Shown here: positions 26,018-39,737 of the stretch, piece by piece
Layout of the letters: the number at the start of each line of letters is the position of its first letter
Numbering within the stretch: position 1 is the stretch's first letter
The notes under the pieces: generated by a model
What the model was told of the DNA's origin: nothing
The model's input: the letters and a program-made list of their open reading frames with translations, nothing else
The model's database searches: none
Translations under genes and position numbers: made by a program
Origin: Eledone cirrhosa
Lineage: Eukaryota
Reading direction: 5' to 3'
NCBI GenBank assembly: GCA_964016885.1
Contig: OZ024744.1
Location: 25,296,001 to 25,360,000 of the forward strand
DNA: 64,000 nt

Positions 26018-26661
26018 ATGAAGGAGTGAAAAAAAAGAAACAAAGAAGAGCCTAATAAAACAAAACAAATAGCATGAAAATGATTTTGGCTGTGGCGGAA
26101 CAGATCATATTGAGATGATTTCAACCTTAACTATGCCTTTTACACTTTCTCCGGTCACCACAACCACCCATTCCACAGCCCCTTTTCACTCCCTCATTTT
26201 CTATCTTTCTCTATCTCCTCACTCTCTTTGTTTAACGTTTCCCCTTTCTCTCCGATTCTCATTCACTTTCCCTCCCTCTCACCGGGGTATTTATATAGGA
26301 AGACATCACCATTTGATGTATGAGATGAATAAGAGGAATGAAAAGGCTCTATTTCATGTTTCACTACATCGTGTCTGTCCACAGACTCATAGGTTTTGTA
26401 ACGTTTTTGTAGAAACTCGTCAGAGCTTAGAAAACACCCTCTAAGGTAACTTCCGCCTCTGTAATGTCCGACAAGTTCCACTCGTCTATATTGAGTGTAA
26501 TATATTAAACACAATTGCTTTCAAGTATTTGTTACAAGCTGTTCCTGAACTGCAGATTTTTCTAATATTATTTTTAGAATTATCTTTACATCTAAGTTGT
26601 AAATTATTTTCGTTCGTTTACAAATGAAATCTCGCCAACCCAACTCTACAACCAACCCAAC

Positions 26662-26717
<56 letters not shown>

Positions 26718-26765
26718 CATATATACACACGCAAATATGTATATATACACACACGCATACATATG

Positions 26766-26806
<41 letters not shown>

Positions 26807-26815
26807 TATATATAT

Positions 26816-26873
<58 letters not shown>

Positions 26874-27582
26874 GAGAGAGGGAGAGAGGGGGAGAGAGGG
26901 AGAGAGAGGGGCGGTGGAGGGGGAGAGAGGAGTTTATATGGACTCTCAGAGAGAATATCTACAATCGTTGGTTTACAACTGAAAGCCCGCCAAGCCAACC
27001 CTGCAACCCATCCAACACAATAGAGATACTGACTGACAGAAGGGCAATTTTGTTGATTTCGCTAATATGAGATGTGTTTGTTTGTGGCGAGGTTTAGTCC
27101 ACCATTTTTTGCTCTTCGTTTCTCTATGCCTGTCAATGAATGTGTGTCTCACTGTATGTGTATGTGTTTGTGTGCCCGTGTATGTTTGTTTGTGTCTGTG
27201 TATGTGTGCGTGTATGTGTATGTGTGTGTGTGTGTTTGTGTGTCCGTGTATGTGCAAGTGTATGTTTGTTTGTGACTGTGTTTCTGTATGCGTGTATGTG
27301 TGTGTGTGCGTGTATGTGTGTGTAGTAGAGCAGGATGTGTGTGTCCGTGCATGTGTATATGTATGTGTGTGTGTGTAGTATGGTATGAAGTGTGTGTGTG
27401 TGTGTATGTGTTTGTGCGTGTATGTGTATGTGTATGTGTGTGTAGTAGGGTATGCATACACACGTGAACACATATTAAATGTATCTTTATCTATCTGAAT
27501 GTATATATAAATATATATGAATCTACACAGTTACAAATGTACAAACAAATAGACCTAATTATACACACACACACACACACAT

Positions 27583-27848
<266 letters not shown>

Positions 27849-27924
27849 GTATATATATATTTAATTGCATCTGATGTTACAATTTCATTAACATACGCAT
27901 CTCCCTCTCTCTCTGTCTCTCTCC

Positions 27925-27972
<48 letters not shown>

Positions 27973-28152
27973 GGCCTCTCATAGTGAATATCTACAATCC
28001 TTCAGGCTTCTAGAAAGTCAATAACAAATAATAAACATGATATATGCATCATAGTCACATAATACATACTCATATATATATTTATATATATATATATATG
28101 TGTGTGTCTGTGTGAGAGTGTGTGTATGCATGTATGTATATATATGTATATG

Positions 28153-28237
<85 letters not shown>

Positions 28238-28466
28238 AAATATGTACTTGTGTGTGCATGTGTGTGCGTGTCTTTATCATATATATGTATATGTGTATAT
28301 ATGTGTATGTATGTGTGTGCATTCGTGTGTTTATGTGTCTGGTAATAGATTTAAAAAAAAACATGTATATATACTTATATATACTTTAATAAATAAATAA
28401 ATAAATATAAATAAAGAGATATTCGTAATAATAAATGTGAGTATATGTAAAGACATATAATTGATA

Positions 28467-28730
<264 letters not shown>

Positions 28731-29251
28731 GTCTTTATATATAAATATATATATATATGCTTATGTGTGTGTGTGTGTGTATGTTTTAAATATGTTCATA
28801 GGCATGTACATACGTAATACATATGTTAATTTCTAATTCTGATTTCATTAAATATTGGTATAAGTTAAGATGAAAGAACACATGGTTAAGAAAGCGATAT
28901 GTTTGCGAACACACTACTATAGAACAACTTCATGCGCAAATGAAGCATGAAATATGAAATTTTTACACTCCTAACTTCTCGCCAGATGTATTAAGTCAAT
29001 AACATTTTAACAATGCTGGAGAAAATTGCAATCCTGCGTTCCAAAAACTATTTTAACACAGATAAATACCAGGATCTGATTTTTTTATATGTTTTATGTT
29101 ATTTTTTAAAAATATTATTCTTTTTTGGGGCATATAGATACATCCCTTTACGTTCAGAATATATACTAAAATTGGAACACTTTAGCCACCTACATGAGTT
29201 TGTCATAGAATACTTATTTATTATTACAATTGTTGTTAATATGATCCCTAT

Positions 29252-29760
29252 TGGTGGATTGGCTGAATCGGTAGATTATAAGTTCAAATCCCGCCGATGT
29301 TAAATTTGCATATCATCCTTATGGGGTATATAAAATTAAGTACCAGAAACACGCACCGGAGTCAATTTAATCAACTTTCTCACTACCCACTCCTCACCAC
29401 CCAAAAATGATGACATTGTATCTAAATCAGAAACCATTATATATAAAGGGCGGCAGTATCGGTAGAGGGTCGGACGCCATGCTTTGACGCATGGAGTTAC
29501 GGCCCTTGCTATTCTGAGTTCAGACCCCGCCGAGGTTAACTTTGCCTTTCATCCTTACGGGGTAGATAAAATAAAGTACCAGTAATGTACTGGGATTATT
29601 GTTGACCTTGTGCCAATTGTAGAAACAATTATATATAAACCTATCGAGTTCAACTCCCGTAAGGTTTAACTTTACATTTCATCCTTACAGGGTCGACAAA
29701 ATAAAGTACCTGTAATGTACTGGAGTCGATTTAATCGACTTTTCTCTTCCTCAAAATGAT
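29252..29760 (+). mobile_element. Three tandem Nin/Deu SINE copies (about 29252-29440, 29448-29632, 29645-29760)
   Basis: Repeated CATCCTTA.GGG...AAAAT.AAGTACC domain. Confidence 0.8.
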
Positions 29761-30560
29761 TGGCTCTGTGTGTAAGTGTGTGTAATTCACGGGTACAGAT
29801 TGGCTCTGTGTGTAAGTGTGTGTAATCCACGGGTACAGATTGGCTCTGTGTGTAAGTGTGTGTAATCCACGGGTACAGATTGGCTCTGTGTGTAAGTGTG
29901 TGTAATCCACGGGTACAGATTGAGTCTGTGTGTAAGTGTGTGTAATCCACGGGTACAGATTGGCTCTGTGTGTAAGTGTGTGTAATCCACGGGTACATAT
30001 TGGCTCTGTGTGTAAGTGTGTGTAATCCACGGGTACATATTGGCTCTGTGTGTAAGTGTGTGTAATCCACGGGTACAGATTGGCTCTGTGTGTAAGTGTG
30101 TGTAATCCACGGGTACATATTGGCTCTGTGTGTAAGTGTGTGTAATCCATGGGTACATATTGGCTCTGTGTGTAAGTGTGTGTAATCCACGGGTACAGAT
30201 TGGCTCTGTGTGTAAGTGTGTGTAATCCACGGGTACAGATTGGCTCTGTGTGTAAGTGTGTGTAATCCACGGGTACAGATTGGCTCTGTGTGTAAGTGTG
30301 TGTAATCCACGGGTACAGATTGGCTCTGTGTGTAAGTGTGTGTAATTCACGGGTACATATTGGCTCTGTGTGTAAGTGTGTGTAATTCACGGGTACATAT
30401 TGGCTCTGTGTGTAAGTGTGTGTAATCCACGTGTACAGATTCAGGCACAAAATGGTTGGCTCTGTGTGTAAGTGTGTGTAATTCACGGGTACAGATTCAG
30501 GCACAAAATGGTTGGCTCTGTGTGTAAGTGTGTGTAATTCACGGGTACAGATTCAGGCAC
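29758..30560 (+). repeat. 40-bp minisatellite, about 19 units
   Basis: Unit TGGCTCTGTGTGTAAGTGTGTGTAATCCACGGGTACAGAT; the last units are lengthened by CAGGCACAAAATGGT. Confidence 0.97.
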
Positions 30561-30834
30561 AAAATCAACAATTTTCTTTTTAGGGGTGAGTCGATTAAAT
30601 CGACCTCGTAAGGATGAAAGGCAAAGTTAACTTCGGTAGGATTTGAACTCGCCGAGGTTAGATTTGCCTTTGAACCTTACGGAATCGATAAAATAATGTA
30701 CCAGTAATGCATTGGAGTCGATTTAATCAATTTTCCAGGATGTAATCTCACGCACACACTTACACCCCCACCCCCATATATATATACATGCAGCCACGCA
30801 AATATATATATTTATGTATATACATACATATGTA

Positions 30835-30937
30835 CAGAGTATCCCCCCAAAATGTAGACTCACTTCAACAACATTCTAATGAATATTGCCTCTACAGGTA
30901 TTCAAAGGGTGTATACATTTTCTTGGCACACCCCCTA
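30835..30937. mobile_element. Tc1/mariner-type MITE, about 100 bp
   Basis: TA|CAGAGTATCCCCCCAAAATGTAGAC...GTATACATTTTCTTGGCACACCCCCTA|TA; degenerate TIRs with TA flanks. Confidence 0.55.
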
Positions 30938-30964
30938 TATATATATATACTGTATATATATATA

Positions 30965-31006
<42 letters not shown>

Positions 31007-31012
<6 letters not shown>

Positions 31013-31435
31013 ATGATATTAATAAATGGAAACTATATTTATAAAACCTTATTTATTCTATTATATATATTTCATGGGTACCAAAACTTTGGTACGCTCT
31101 CATCAGATAAAATACAGAGCTTGTTTCATAAATATTGACATAACCAGGAATGAGACCTTAACGGTTCAAGTTTTACTATCCAGGTGAAACTTGAACCGTT
31201 AAGGTCTCATTCCTGGTTATGTCAATATTTATAAAACAAGCTCTGTATTTTATCTGATGAGAGCGCACCAAAGTTTTGGTACCCATGTAATAGAATAAAT
31301 ATGGTTTTTATAAATATAGTTTTCATTTATTAATATCATTGATATTATACTCCAGAAAACTGTCGAGTGCTTCGAATCAGTTATAAATATATATATTTGT
31401 TGAATTAGCAACACATTGATTATCCATTTACTTAT
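31007..31435. mobile_element. Fold-back hammerhead/pLTR element (arms 31007-31176 and 31184-31345, single-copy tail to about 31435)
   Basis: About 165-bp inverted arms, 7-nt loop, preceded by (TA)n. Confidence 0.9.
31054..31114 (-). ncRNA. Hammerhead ribozyme; the + strand twin at about 31246-31297 has lost its GAAA segment
   Basis: Minus strand reads TATTTTAT CTGATGA GAGCGTACCA AAGTTT TGGTACCCAT GAAA TATATATA ATAGAATA. Confidence 0.7.
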
Positions 31436-31769
31436 ATATATAGAAGTGGTGAACTAACTGTTGTGTAACCACTTCTACCTAACTCATGCCATGGACTGCT
31501 CTACCACTACTGATATTACCTTCCAGTGTTCTACCTCTCTCTCTATATATATATATGTGTGTGTGTGTGTGTATAAAGAGGAAAATGCGAAGTTGAAAAT
31601 GTTAGGGCATTTTATTAATTGAACCGTTATACATATTTCGATGACAATCGATATCGTGATTTCTACAGACAGTAAAAGTTGATTAAAAGGTAACATTTCC
31701 GAGGTAATTTTGGGACAAAGTAATGTGTATGTTTTTGCTTTGAGTGTTTCACTCCCTTTTAACTTTCAG

Positions 31770-32023
31770 GGCCTCCTGACAGCACTGCGCAGTCGCAGGG
31801 GTGTTGGTGGCTGACCACTCAATTACAACCAACAATACCACCAACCTTATTTGTTCTCTCTATCTACCAGTCTCCCACCATCGACAACTCCATCTGGTCA
31901 GTGGTAGTTCAGACAAGTCAAAGTTTATTTACTGCTAGCTTTGGTGGCCCGCAGAATTTAGTGCATTTGTACCTTCTACCCGTTTATGGCGGGATAATAT
32001 ACAGACCATCATTCCCAACTTGA
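31770..32023 (+). CDS. Candidate terminal coding exon, unknown protein
   Basis: Strong acceptor TTTCACTCCCTTTTAACTTTCAG|GG, then 83 open non-repetitive codons PPDSTAQSQGCWWLTTQLQPTIPPTLFVLSIYQSPTIDNSIWSVVVQTSQSLFTASFGGPQNLVHLYLLPVYGGIIYRPSFPT*. The frame is closed immediately upstream by TAA at 31760. Confidence 0.55.
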
Positions 32024-32252
32024 GACAGTTACTTACTGCTATGGTTAATATAACTTATCATAGAAAATATTAAAGGTTTCACAACCCGAAAAACCCCACC
32101 AAATTTGTAGAATTCAGACGATAAGAGGTAAAAGTTAGAAGTCCGGAAAACTAGACAACAGTCGATATGGTAAGAATAATATCTGACTGGCAAAATGTAT
32201 ACTGGTATATCTATATGAGGGGTTGTATGTGTGTGTGTGTGTGTGTGTGTGC

Positions 32253-32333
<81 letters not shown>

Positions 32334-32530
32334 GTTGTGAATACACTTAGATGGTTTCTTTTGGAAACTTCTAGTAATGCAGTGTCATGTCAAACTATTA
32401 ATATTGATACTTTCATCACTGAGCTTTATCCCATATATATATATATATTCATTTATATTAAAGCTAAAATGTGACTTTTGTTACTCTCGAATTTCGCCAG
32501 TATATCACAGGGTCATCTCACACACACACA

Positions 32531-32611
<81 letters not shown>

Positions 32612-32897
32612 CAATTATATAATCCATATAATCGGAGGCGATAGTCTGTATTTTCTACATAGTAGATGTTTAGTAAGACATCCGTGATAAACTGATATTT
32701 TCCGTGACTGTTATTGTTGCTAATTTTATTATTTGCAGGACACTCGACGCCCCCTCCCTATTTGTTGTTACCTGACGTTGTTGCTGTTATTGCTGTTGTT
32801 GTTGATGTAGTTTAAACATAAATATATCCCGATAAGGTAAGATTATAAATCAGAAGATCTTCTCGCTATGATCATCCCAGGACAACATTGTGTGAAA

Positions 32898-33420
32898 ACG
32901 CATGGCATATTAGTTAGAGTATTAGTCTTGCAATCGGGATGTTGTAAGTTCGGTTCTTAGACCAAGTGATGCATTTTGTCTTTGAGCCAAACACTTTATT
33001 TCACGTTGCTCCAGTCTACTCAGCTGTAGAAATGAGTTGTGACATCACTGGTGTCAAGCTGTATCAGCCATTACCTTTCCCTTGGACAACATCATATATA
33101 TGGTGTATATATATATATATATAGTGTATATATAGTATATATATAATGTATATATATAGTGTATATATAGTGTATATATGGTGTGTATATATATAGTGTA
33201 TATATAATATATATATAGTGTATATTAATATTGCGACGTCACTGTATCGGCCATTACCTTTCCCTTAGACATGATCGGAGGCAAGGAGAGGGGGAGACTG
33301 ATATGTACGGGGTACTGCTGGTTTTCCGCAAACAACATTGCCCGGACATGTGCCTCGGAGGGAACTTTCTTGGTGTAAATCTAATGGCTATTTGTGACCG
33401 AAGGATATCTTTACACTTTA
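32898..33420 (+). mobile_element. Second tRNA-SINE family (Meta/V-domain-like), interrupted by a TA-rich tract
   Basis: tRNA-like head then TTGAGC.AAACACTTTATTTCACGTTGCTCCAGTC.ACTCAGCTG; CTGTATC.GCCATTACCTTTCCCTT.GACA is duplicated on both sides of 33096-33230. Confidence 0.6.
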
Positions 33421-33479
33421 CAACATTAACCAATAAAACCTTATATTTACCTATGTCGGAGGAGGTTTCATTTCGTTGA

Positions 33480-33665
33480 TGGTGTTTTAGTATCGGTAGA
33501 GGGTCGGACGCCATGCTTTGACGCATAGACTTACGGCCTTGGCCATTCTGAGTTCAAATCCCGAGGTTAACTTTGCCTTTCATCCTTACGGGGTCGATAA
33601 AATAAAGTACCAGTAATGCACTGGTTAATTGCTGGCCTTGTGCCAAAAGTAGAAACAATTATTAT
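33480..33665 (+). mobile_element. Nin/Deu-domain tRNA SINE
   Basis: Same family as 18393-18600. Confidence 0.9.
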
Positions 33666-33819
33666 ATAAAATAGAAACAATTATATATATATATTTTTTT
33701 TCTACGAGGATAAGGTGGTTTATAAGAGGGCGATGTGGCTGCTATATCCAGCAGCAAGAGTTATTACTCACAGTTTCCTTTAGGTTTGCGATTTTTTTTT
33801 TTATAATCCGTCTTGTTAC

Positions 33820-34030
33820 CAATGTTGATTTCTCATTTAGGCACAGGCGAATACTTTTGGAGGAGGGAGGGGAAAGTGGATTAAATCGACACCAGTGTGT
33901 TACTGGTACTGCACAATATTGACCCCGTAAGAATGAAAAGCAAAGCTAAGCTAACTTCGGCGGGATTTGAACTCAGAAAGTAAATGTACGTAACTGTATG
34001 CAACAGAGCATGGTGTCCGACATTCTTCCG
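33820..34030 (-). mobile_element. Nin/Deu-domain tRNA SINE (diverged)
   Basis: GACCCCGTAAGAATGAAA...CGGCGGGATTTGAACTCAGAA...GCATGGTGTCCGAC is the reverse complement of the family. Confidence 0.8.
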
Positions 34031-34269
34031 GTACTGCAATCGATCGTGTTGTTATATAATGTTTCCAGTTACAGTGATAGTTGTTGTTGTTTCGATAATG
34101 TTCATTGAAGTGGTAGTTGATGTTGCCGGAAGTAGTTTTGAAGTTATTAAATATATATATAACAAAGAAGGTGTGGTAATATACCAGATGGACCATAACG
34201 CACCAGAGTACTCAATACTTAGGGTAGTAGAGTGGGTAATGGGTAAAATGTCAGGACTCATTTCCTATA

Positions 34270-34388
<119 letters not shown>

Positions 34389-34524
34389 GTTATATAGTAA
34401 GGTGTATTATTGGTTGTGTCAAAAGGTCCAATAAACTTTTGTTAGCAATATTAAGTTCTCCACGCTTTTGTATATCTCCAATTCCATTCGAGGGAACAGC
34501 TAGATTATGTAAAACGGAGTATTT

Positions 34525-34932
34525 GTATCAAAATAAAGATCCGAAGGCATGGTATAAATTTCCAATCGTTTTAATCACGACACATGTTTCATAAGAGATA
34601 GATCGATCGTGTAGCCATGATCGTTTATCACTGATCTCGCCAGGTAAAAACGAATTGTCTTCAAATCCTTCATATGAGGAGAGAAATTAACGATGTTCAC
34701 ACACAAAGTTTAGTCCCTCATATCATATCCCTCATATGAGGAACTAAATTTTGTGAGTGAACATCGTTAATTTCCCCCCTCATATCAAGGATTTGAAGAC
34801 AATTCGTTTTCACCTGACGAGATCAGTGATACACGATCATGGCTACACGATCGATCTATCTCTTATGAAACATGTGTCGTGATTAAAACGATTGGAAATG
34901 TATACCATGCCTTCGGATCTTTATTTTGATAT
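34525..34932. mobile_element. Fold-back element, about 198-bp arms, carrying a hammerhead of a different family
   Basis: Arms about 34525-34722 and 34735-34932 with scattered substitutions. Confidence 0.9.
34804..34891 (+). ncRNA. Hammerhead ribozyme with long stem II
   Basis: TCGTTTTCAC CTGACGA [46 nt] GAAA CATGT GTC GTGATTAAAACGA: GUC site and ACATGT palindrome. The minus-strand twin has the mutated core CTGGCGA. Confidence 0.75.
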
Positions 34933-35179
34933 ATATAGAGAGTAATTAAAATTTTTTTTTTTTACTGTTGACCATGTTATTCTTCACTTTTTCAATATTA
35001 TTACTACAAGATAAACTTACACAGGAATACAAGTGAAATCATAAACACGCCACCTACGAAAACATCTTGTTGAGTCAAACAACGCCGTACGCTAAAAATA
35101 TCAATTATATGAAGTATTCATAACCTCTAACGGGATTACCTATAACTATATTTTGTTATCCCTTATATATATATGAATG

Positions 35180-35259
<80 letters not shown>

Positions 35260-35399
35260 ACGGCGGAGAGAATTGTGGCTACATCGTTTACAGAGCCAGG
35301 GACATCCACACCAGCACTTGAAATGTCCACAATCAAAGGACCCAGGGTGGCCGCCGCTGTCACTAGGCCAGGTGCCACACCGACAGCCATTGCCGACAC

Positions 35400-38180
35400 T
35401 CCAAATATCACACCAGTGCTGCTGTTGAATGTCAGAGGTCTGGTGAAACTCACTAACATGAGTAAAATTCCCTACCTGAGAGACTTAGCCATAAGCAATC
35501 AAGCAGGCTATAACCGAAACGCACCTGGCAAGCAGTATACTGTATTTCTTTCAGACAGGAGGGAGAGAACTCATGATGGGGTTGCTCTGTATATCCGTGA
35601 AGATGTCACACCCATTGAACTGTTGACACATTCAAACTCAGTTTGTGACACACTGATAGTACATATGAAGCAACTGAAAGTGGTGATATGTGTCACATAT
35701 AGGCCACCAGACGCCCCTAGTTATGAAGGTAAGTTTGAAGATAGCCGCAGAAGGATGGAAGAAGTCCTTGACAAAGTGGACCAGGGTCTCAACATACTGC
35801 TGCTGGGAAACTTTAACATGCCAAAGGTCAAATGGCCTAATGTCCACCTCCTCCCTGGAATGACATCACTAGAACAGAGACAGACGGAGTCCCTGCTGGC
35901 TCTCACACACAGGCTGTTCATGGAACAAGCAGTACTCCTCCCATCAAGAGGCGAGTATGTCCTGGATCTCTGCTTTACAAATAACGCAGTGCTCATCCAC
36001 AATATAAAGGTGACACCAACGATTTTTTTGGATCATAACTTAGTAGAACTAATGATATGTGGTCTGAGAGAATCACCAGAGACGCAACCATTAAGAAGAT
36101 CCGGGAATGTATCCAACCTAAACTTTCACAAGGCTAACTGGAAAAAGATCCAGAAAGAGATCCGGCAGCAAAACTGGTGCGACAGCATCACCACACATGA
36201 TACCAACACACATTTTCAACAGTTCATGATAATAATAGAAACCATATGCCATAAGTTTTTTGCCGTAGAAAAAGGCCAACGGACATAAAAATCTTATTCC
36301 CAGAGACAGCAAAATCATTATGAAACGAAGAACTAAACTCTCAAACCAGTTAACAACAGAAAAACAAGAAGGGACCCTATCTGAAACAGGCTCTACTTGA
36401 ATTGAAACTGGAATCAAACTTACCCATGAGAAGGAGAGAGCAAAGAGAGAAAGCAGGGCCATAGAAAATATTAAAACAAACCACAAGGCCTTCTTTAAAA
36501 CATGTGATATCCGCCATCAACGAAATTAGAACAAACTCAGCTGCTGGACCTGATGGATTCCCAGCAGTTCCCAGCAGTCCTTCTAAAAACATATTATCGC
36601 TAAGGCACGATAATATGTTTTTAGAAGGACTGTTGGGAACTGCTGGGAATCCATCAGGTCCAGCAGCTGAGTTTATTCTAATTTCGTTTATGGCGGAGAT
36701 TTCTGTTGTTAACTGGTTTGAGAGTTTAGTTCTTCTTTTCATAAGGATTTTGCTGTCTCTGGGAATAAGATTTTTATGTCCGTTGGCCTTTTTCTCCGGC
36801 ACAAAACTTATTTGCCTTAGCGGGACTACTGAAGATCCTCTTCAGAAGTTATTTGACTAGCGGTAAACTACCCAGAGAGCTAAAAGAAGGCACAATATGC
36901 CCTATCCATAAAGGAGGAAGCAGAGCGGAGGCCCAAAATACATGCCAGTCTCCCTGATATCACATAACAATAAGGTCATGGAACGAATCATCAGAAAGAA
37001 ACTGATCACGTTCCTCGAGTAAAATGACCGCCTAACTAGGACGCAGTATGGCTTTCGTCCATGAAGAAGCTACCTTACACAGCTGTTACAACGCTATGAC
37101 TGGGTACTGAAACAACTGCAGGACAGGTCACATGTGAACCTGATATATTTTGGCTTTGCGAATACCTTTGACAAGGTCGACTACGGTATGATATGTCACA
37201 AATTAAACAGACTCAGCATAACTGGAAAAGTAGGTGAGTGGCTGCATGATTTCTTAAAAGACAGAAGCCAGACAGTTTCAGCCAATGGAGCCCTCTCAAA
37301 GGAAACATCAATAAAAAGTGGGGTGCCCCAGGGTACAGTCTTGGGACCAGTACGGTTTTTGGTGGCTCTCTCAGACATGCTTTCTGTAGTACATAAAACA
37401 TCCCTCACTAGCTATGCTGATGACACAAAGGTAGCACAGGTAATCAAAAACTCGGCTGATGCTGCCCTTTTACAACAAGACCTGGACCATATACAAATGG
37501 GCTGAGAACAACAACATGCAGTTTAATGCTGGAAAATGTCAAGCCCTACAATACAAACCTGCAAACACAAAGACAATACAACACAGCTACACCGGACCAG
37601 AAGGGGTTGAAATCCCTCTGTCAAAATCGATACGAGACCTGGGGATAGACATGAGCGATGATGCATCTTTTTCTTCACACATCATGAAGGTCGCGACAAT
37701 GTACAGGCGACTAGCTGGCTGGATCTTGAGGACATTCCGGATAATAGACTGAGAGACGATGTTGATACTATGGTGGACATTTTTCCTAAGCCGACTACTG
37801 CTCCCAATTGTGGTCTACCTATAGTCTCAAACTAACCACGTAGCTTGAGGCAATTCAACGAAGCTACATCAACAGGATTGCCACTATGAAGGAGATGGGA
37901 TACTAGGAGAGGCTAAAAGAGCTGAAATTCTACTCCTTGGAACGAACACGGGAGAGATACGCAGTGATATACATATGGAAAATCCTGGAGGGACTAGCAA
38001 CAAACTTTGGCATTGAGAGCTGGACCAACCTCCGAACAGGAGGTCACTGTGTGGTGCCAAAGGTCCCGTCTATCACATCTAGAATAAGGAGCAGATATTG
38101 CAATAGTCTGGGGTACAAGGGCCCTCAAATCTTCAACAAGCTGCCAAGAAATTTGAGAGATTTGAGAAATGGTCGCATTC
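35400..38180 (+). mobile_element. Decayed CR1-group LINE ORF2 (APE + RT + C-terminus)
   Basis: LLNVRG, GVALYI, YRPP, LGNFN, LDL, DH (APE); FDKVD, SGVPQGTVLGP, YADDTK (RT); YSLERTRERYAVIYIWKI. Multiple stops and frameshifts. Confidence 0.92.
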
Positions 38181-38224
38181 TTTAAGGGTATGTCAATATT
38201 TATTTATAAAACCGATCTATATTA

Positions 38225-38289
38225 TATTTTATCTGATGAAAGCGCACCATAATTTGACTTGGTGTCCTTGAAATATGTATAATGAAATA
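38225..38289 (+). ncRNA. Hammerhead ribozyme (same family as 31054-31114)
   Basis: TATTTTAT CTGATGA AAGCGCACCA..TGGTGTCCTT GAAA TATGTATA ATGAAATA. Confidence 0.75.
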
Positions 38290-38375
38290 AATATGGTTTT
38301 ATAAATATAGTTTCCATTTGTTAATATATCGTATATATATATATATATGTATAATGTATATATATATATATATAC

Positions 38376-38432
<57 letters not shown>

Positions 38433-38881
38433 GTAATTCCGTCGGAAAGGTCCAGGAAAAAAGAGTACTCTATGTAGGTTACAGAGCTTAATAGTTATGT
38501 AATAAACAACATGAGGCAATTATTTCATTTACCAGTGGTTTCTTGAAAGCAAACAAATGTTGCTTTCAATCATCAGAATGGAAATATCCTGGTGTATTTA
38601 TTGACATTGGATTTTAAAAACAATAATATAATTTATATGAAAGTGACGCTGGAAAAGGAAGAAGGTGGGGAAAAATAAATACACATGCACACACACACAC
38701 AACCACATACACACACATATATACATAAACATATATATACATACATATACACACACACATATATATATATACATACATACACGTACATATACACGTACAA
38801 ATACAAACACATATACATATACATACATACAGAAATATATATCAATATATCCAAACATACACATACACACAAATACGCAAT

Positions 38882-38951
<70 letters not shown>

Positions 38952-39021
38952 CATCTATATATATATATATACATACACATAATCATACATATATGCACAC
39001 GTACATACACACACATACATA

Positions 39022-39116
<95 letters not shown>

Positions 39117-39309
39117 ATATATATATATACATATATATGTGTGTGTGTATGTACGTGTGTATATATATATATATGTATATATATATGTGTATATGTATAT
39201 ATATATATATATATGTATATGTATATGGATTCATATATATGTATATGTATATTACCTTTCATTCTTCAATGTCTTGGATTTGTTATTGCTTGTATGGTAT
39301 GTAATTAAC

Positions 39310-39367
39310 CTTTATGCTCTGATGAGTCCCACTTATAGTGCGGATGAAACAATGTTAGCAAGTAAAG
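39310..39367 (+). ncRNA. Hammerhead ribozyme in a 250-bp island between (TA)n tracts
   Basis: CTTTA-TGCT CTGATGA GTCC-CACT-TAT-AGTG-C-GGAT GAAA CAATG TT AGCA-AG-TAAAG (GUU site). Confidence 0.8.
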
Positions 39368-39560
39368 ATATGCATATGCTATAAGCGTTTCTTTGTTATT
39401 TATTATATTACGGCTCTGTCCTCAGACATTGAGCTAACCTCATACTGCCTGCTGGATAAGTGGAGTGTTATACACCCCTGATCCTTTCCCTAGCATACTA
39501 TATATGTATATGTATATGTATATATGTATATGAATATATATATATATATATGTATATATG

Positions 39561-39668
<108 letters not shown>

Positions 39669-39700
39669 ATATATATATATATGAATATATATATAAATAT

Positions 39701-39735
<35 letters not shown>

Positions 39736-39737
39736 CA

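Noticed and set aside
26385-26432. Minus-strand CTGACGAG motif
   Set aside because: GAAA is absent and stems are unconvincing; at best a decayed hammerhead.
29758-30560. His/Cys-containing repeat ORFs (zinc-finger-like)
   Set aside because: A 40-bp unit cycles through all three frames and gives no C2H2 spacing.
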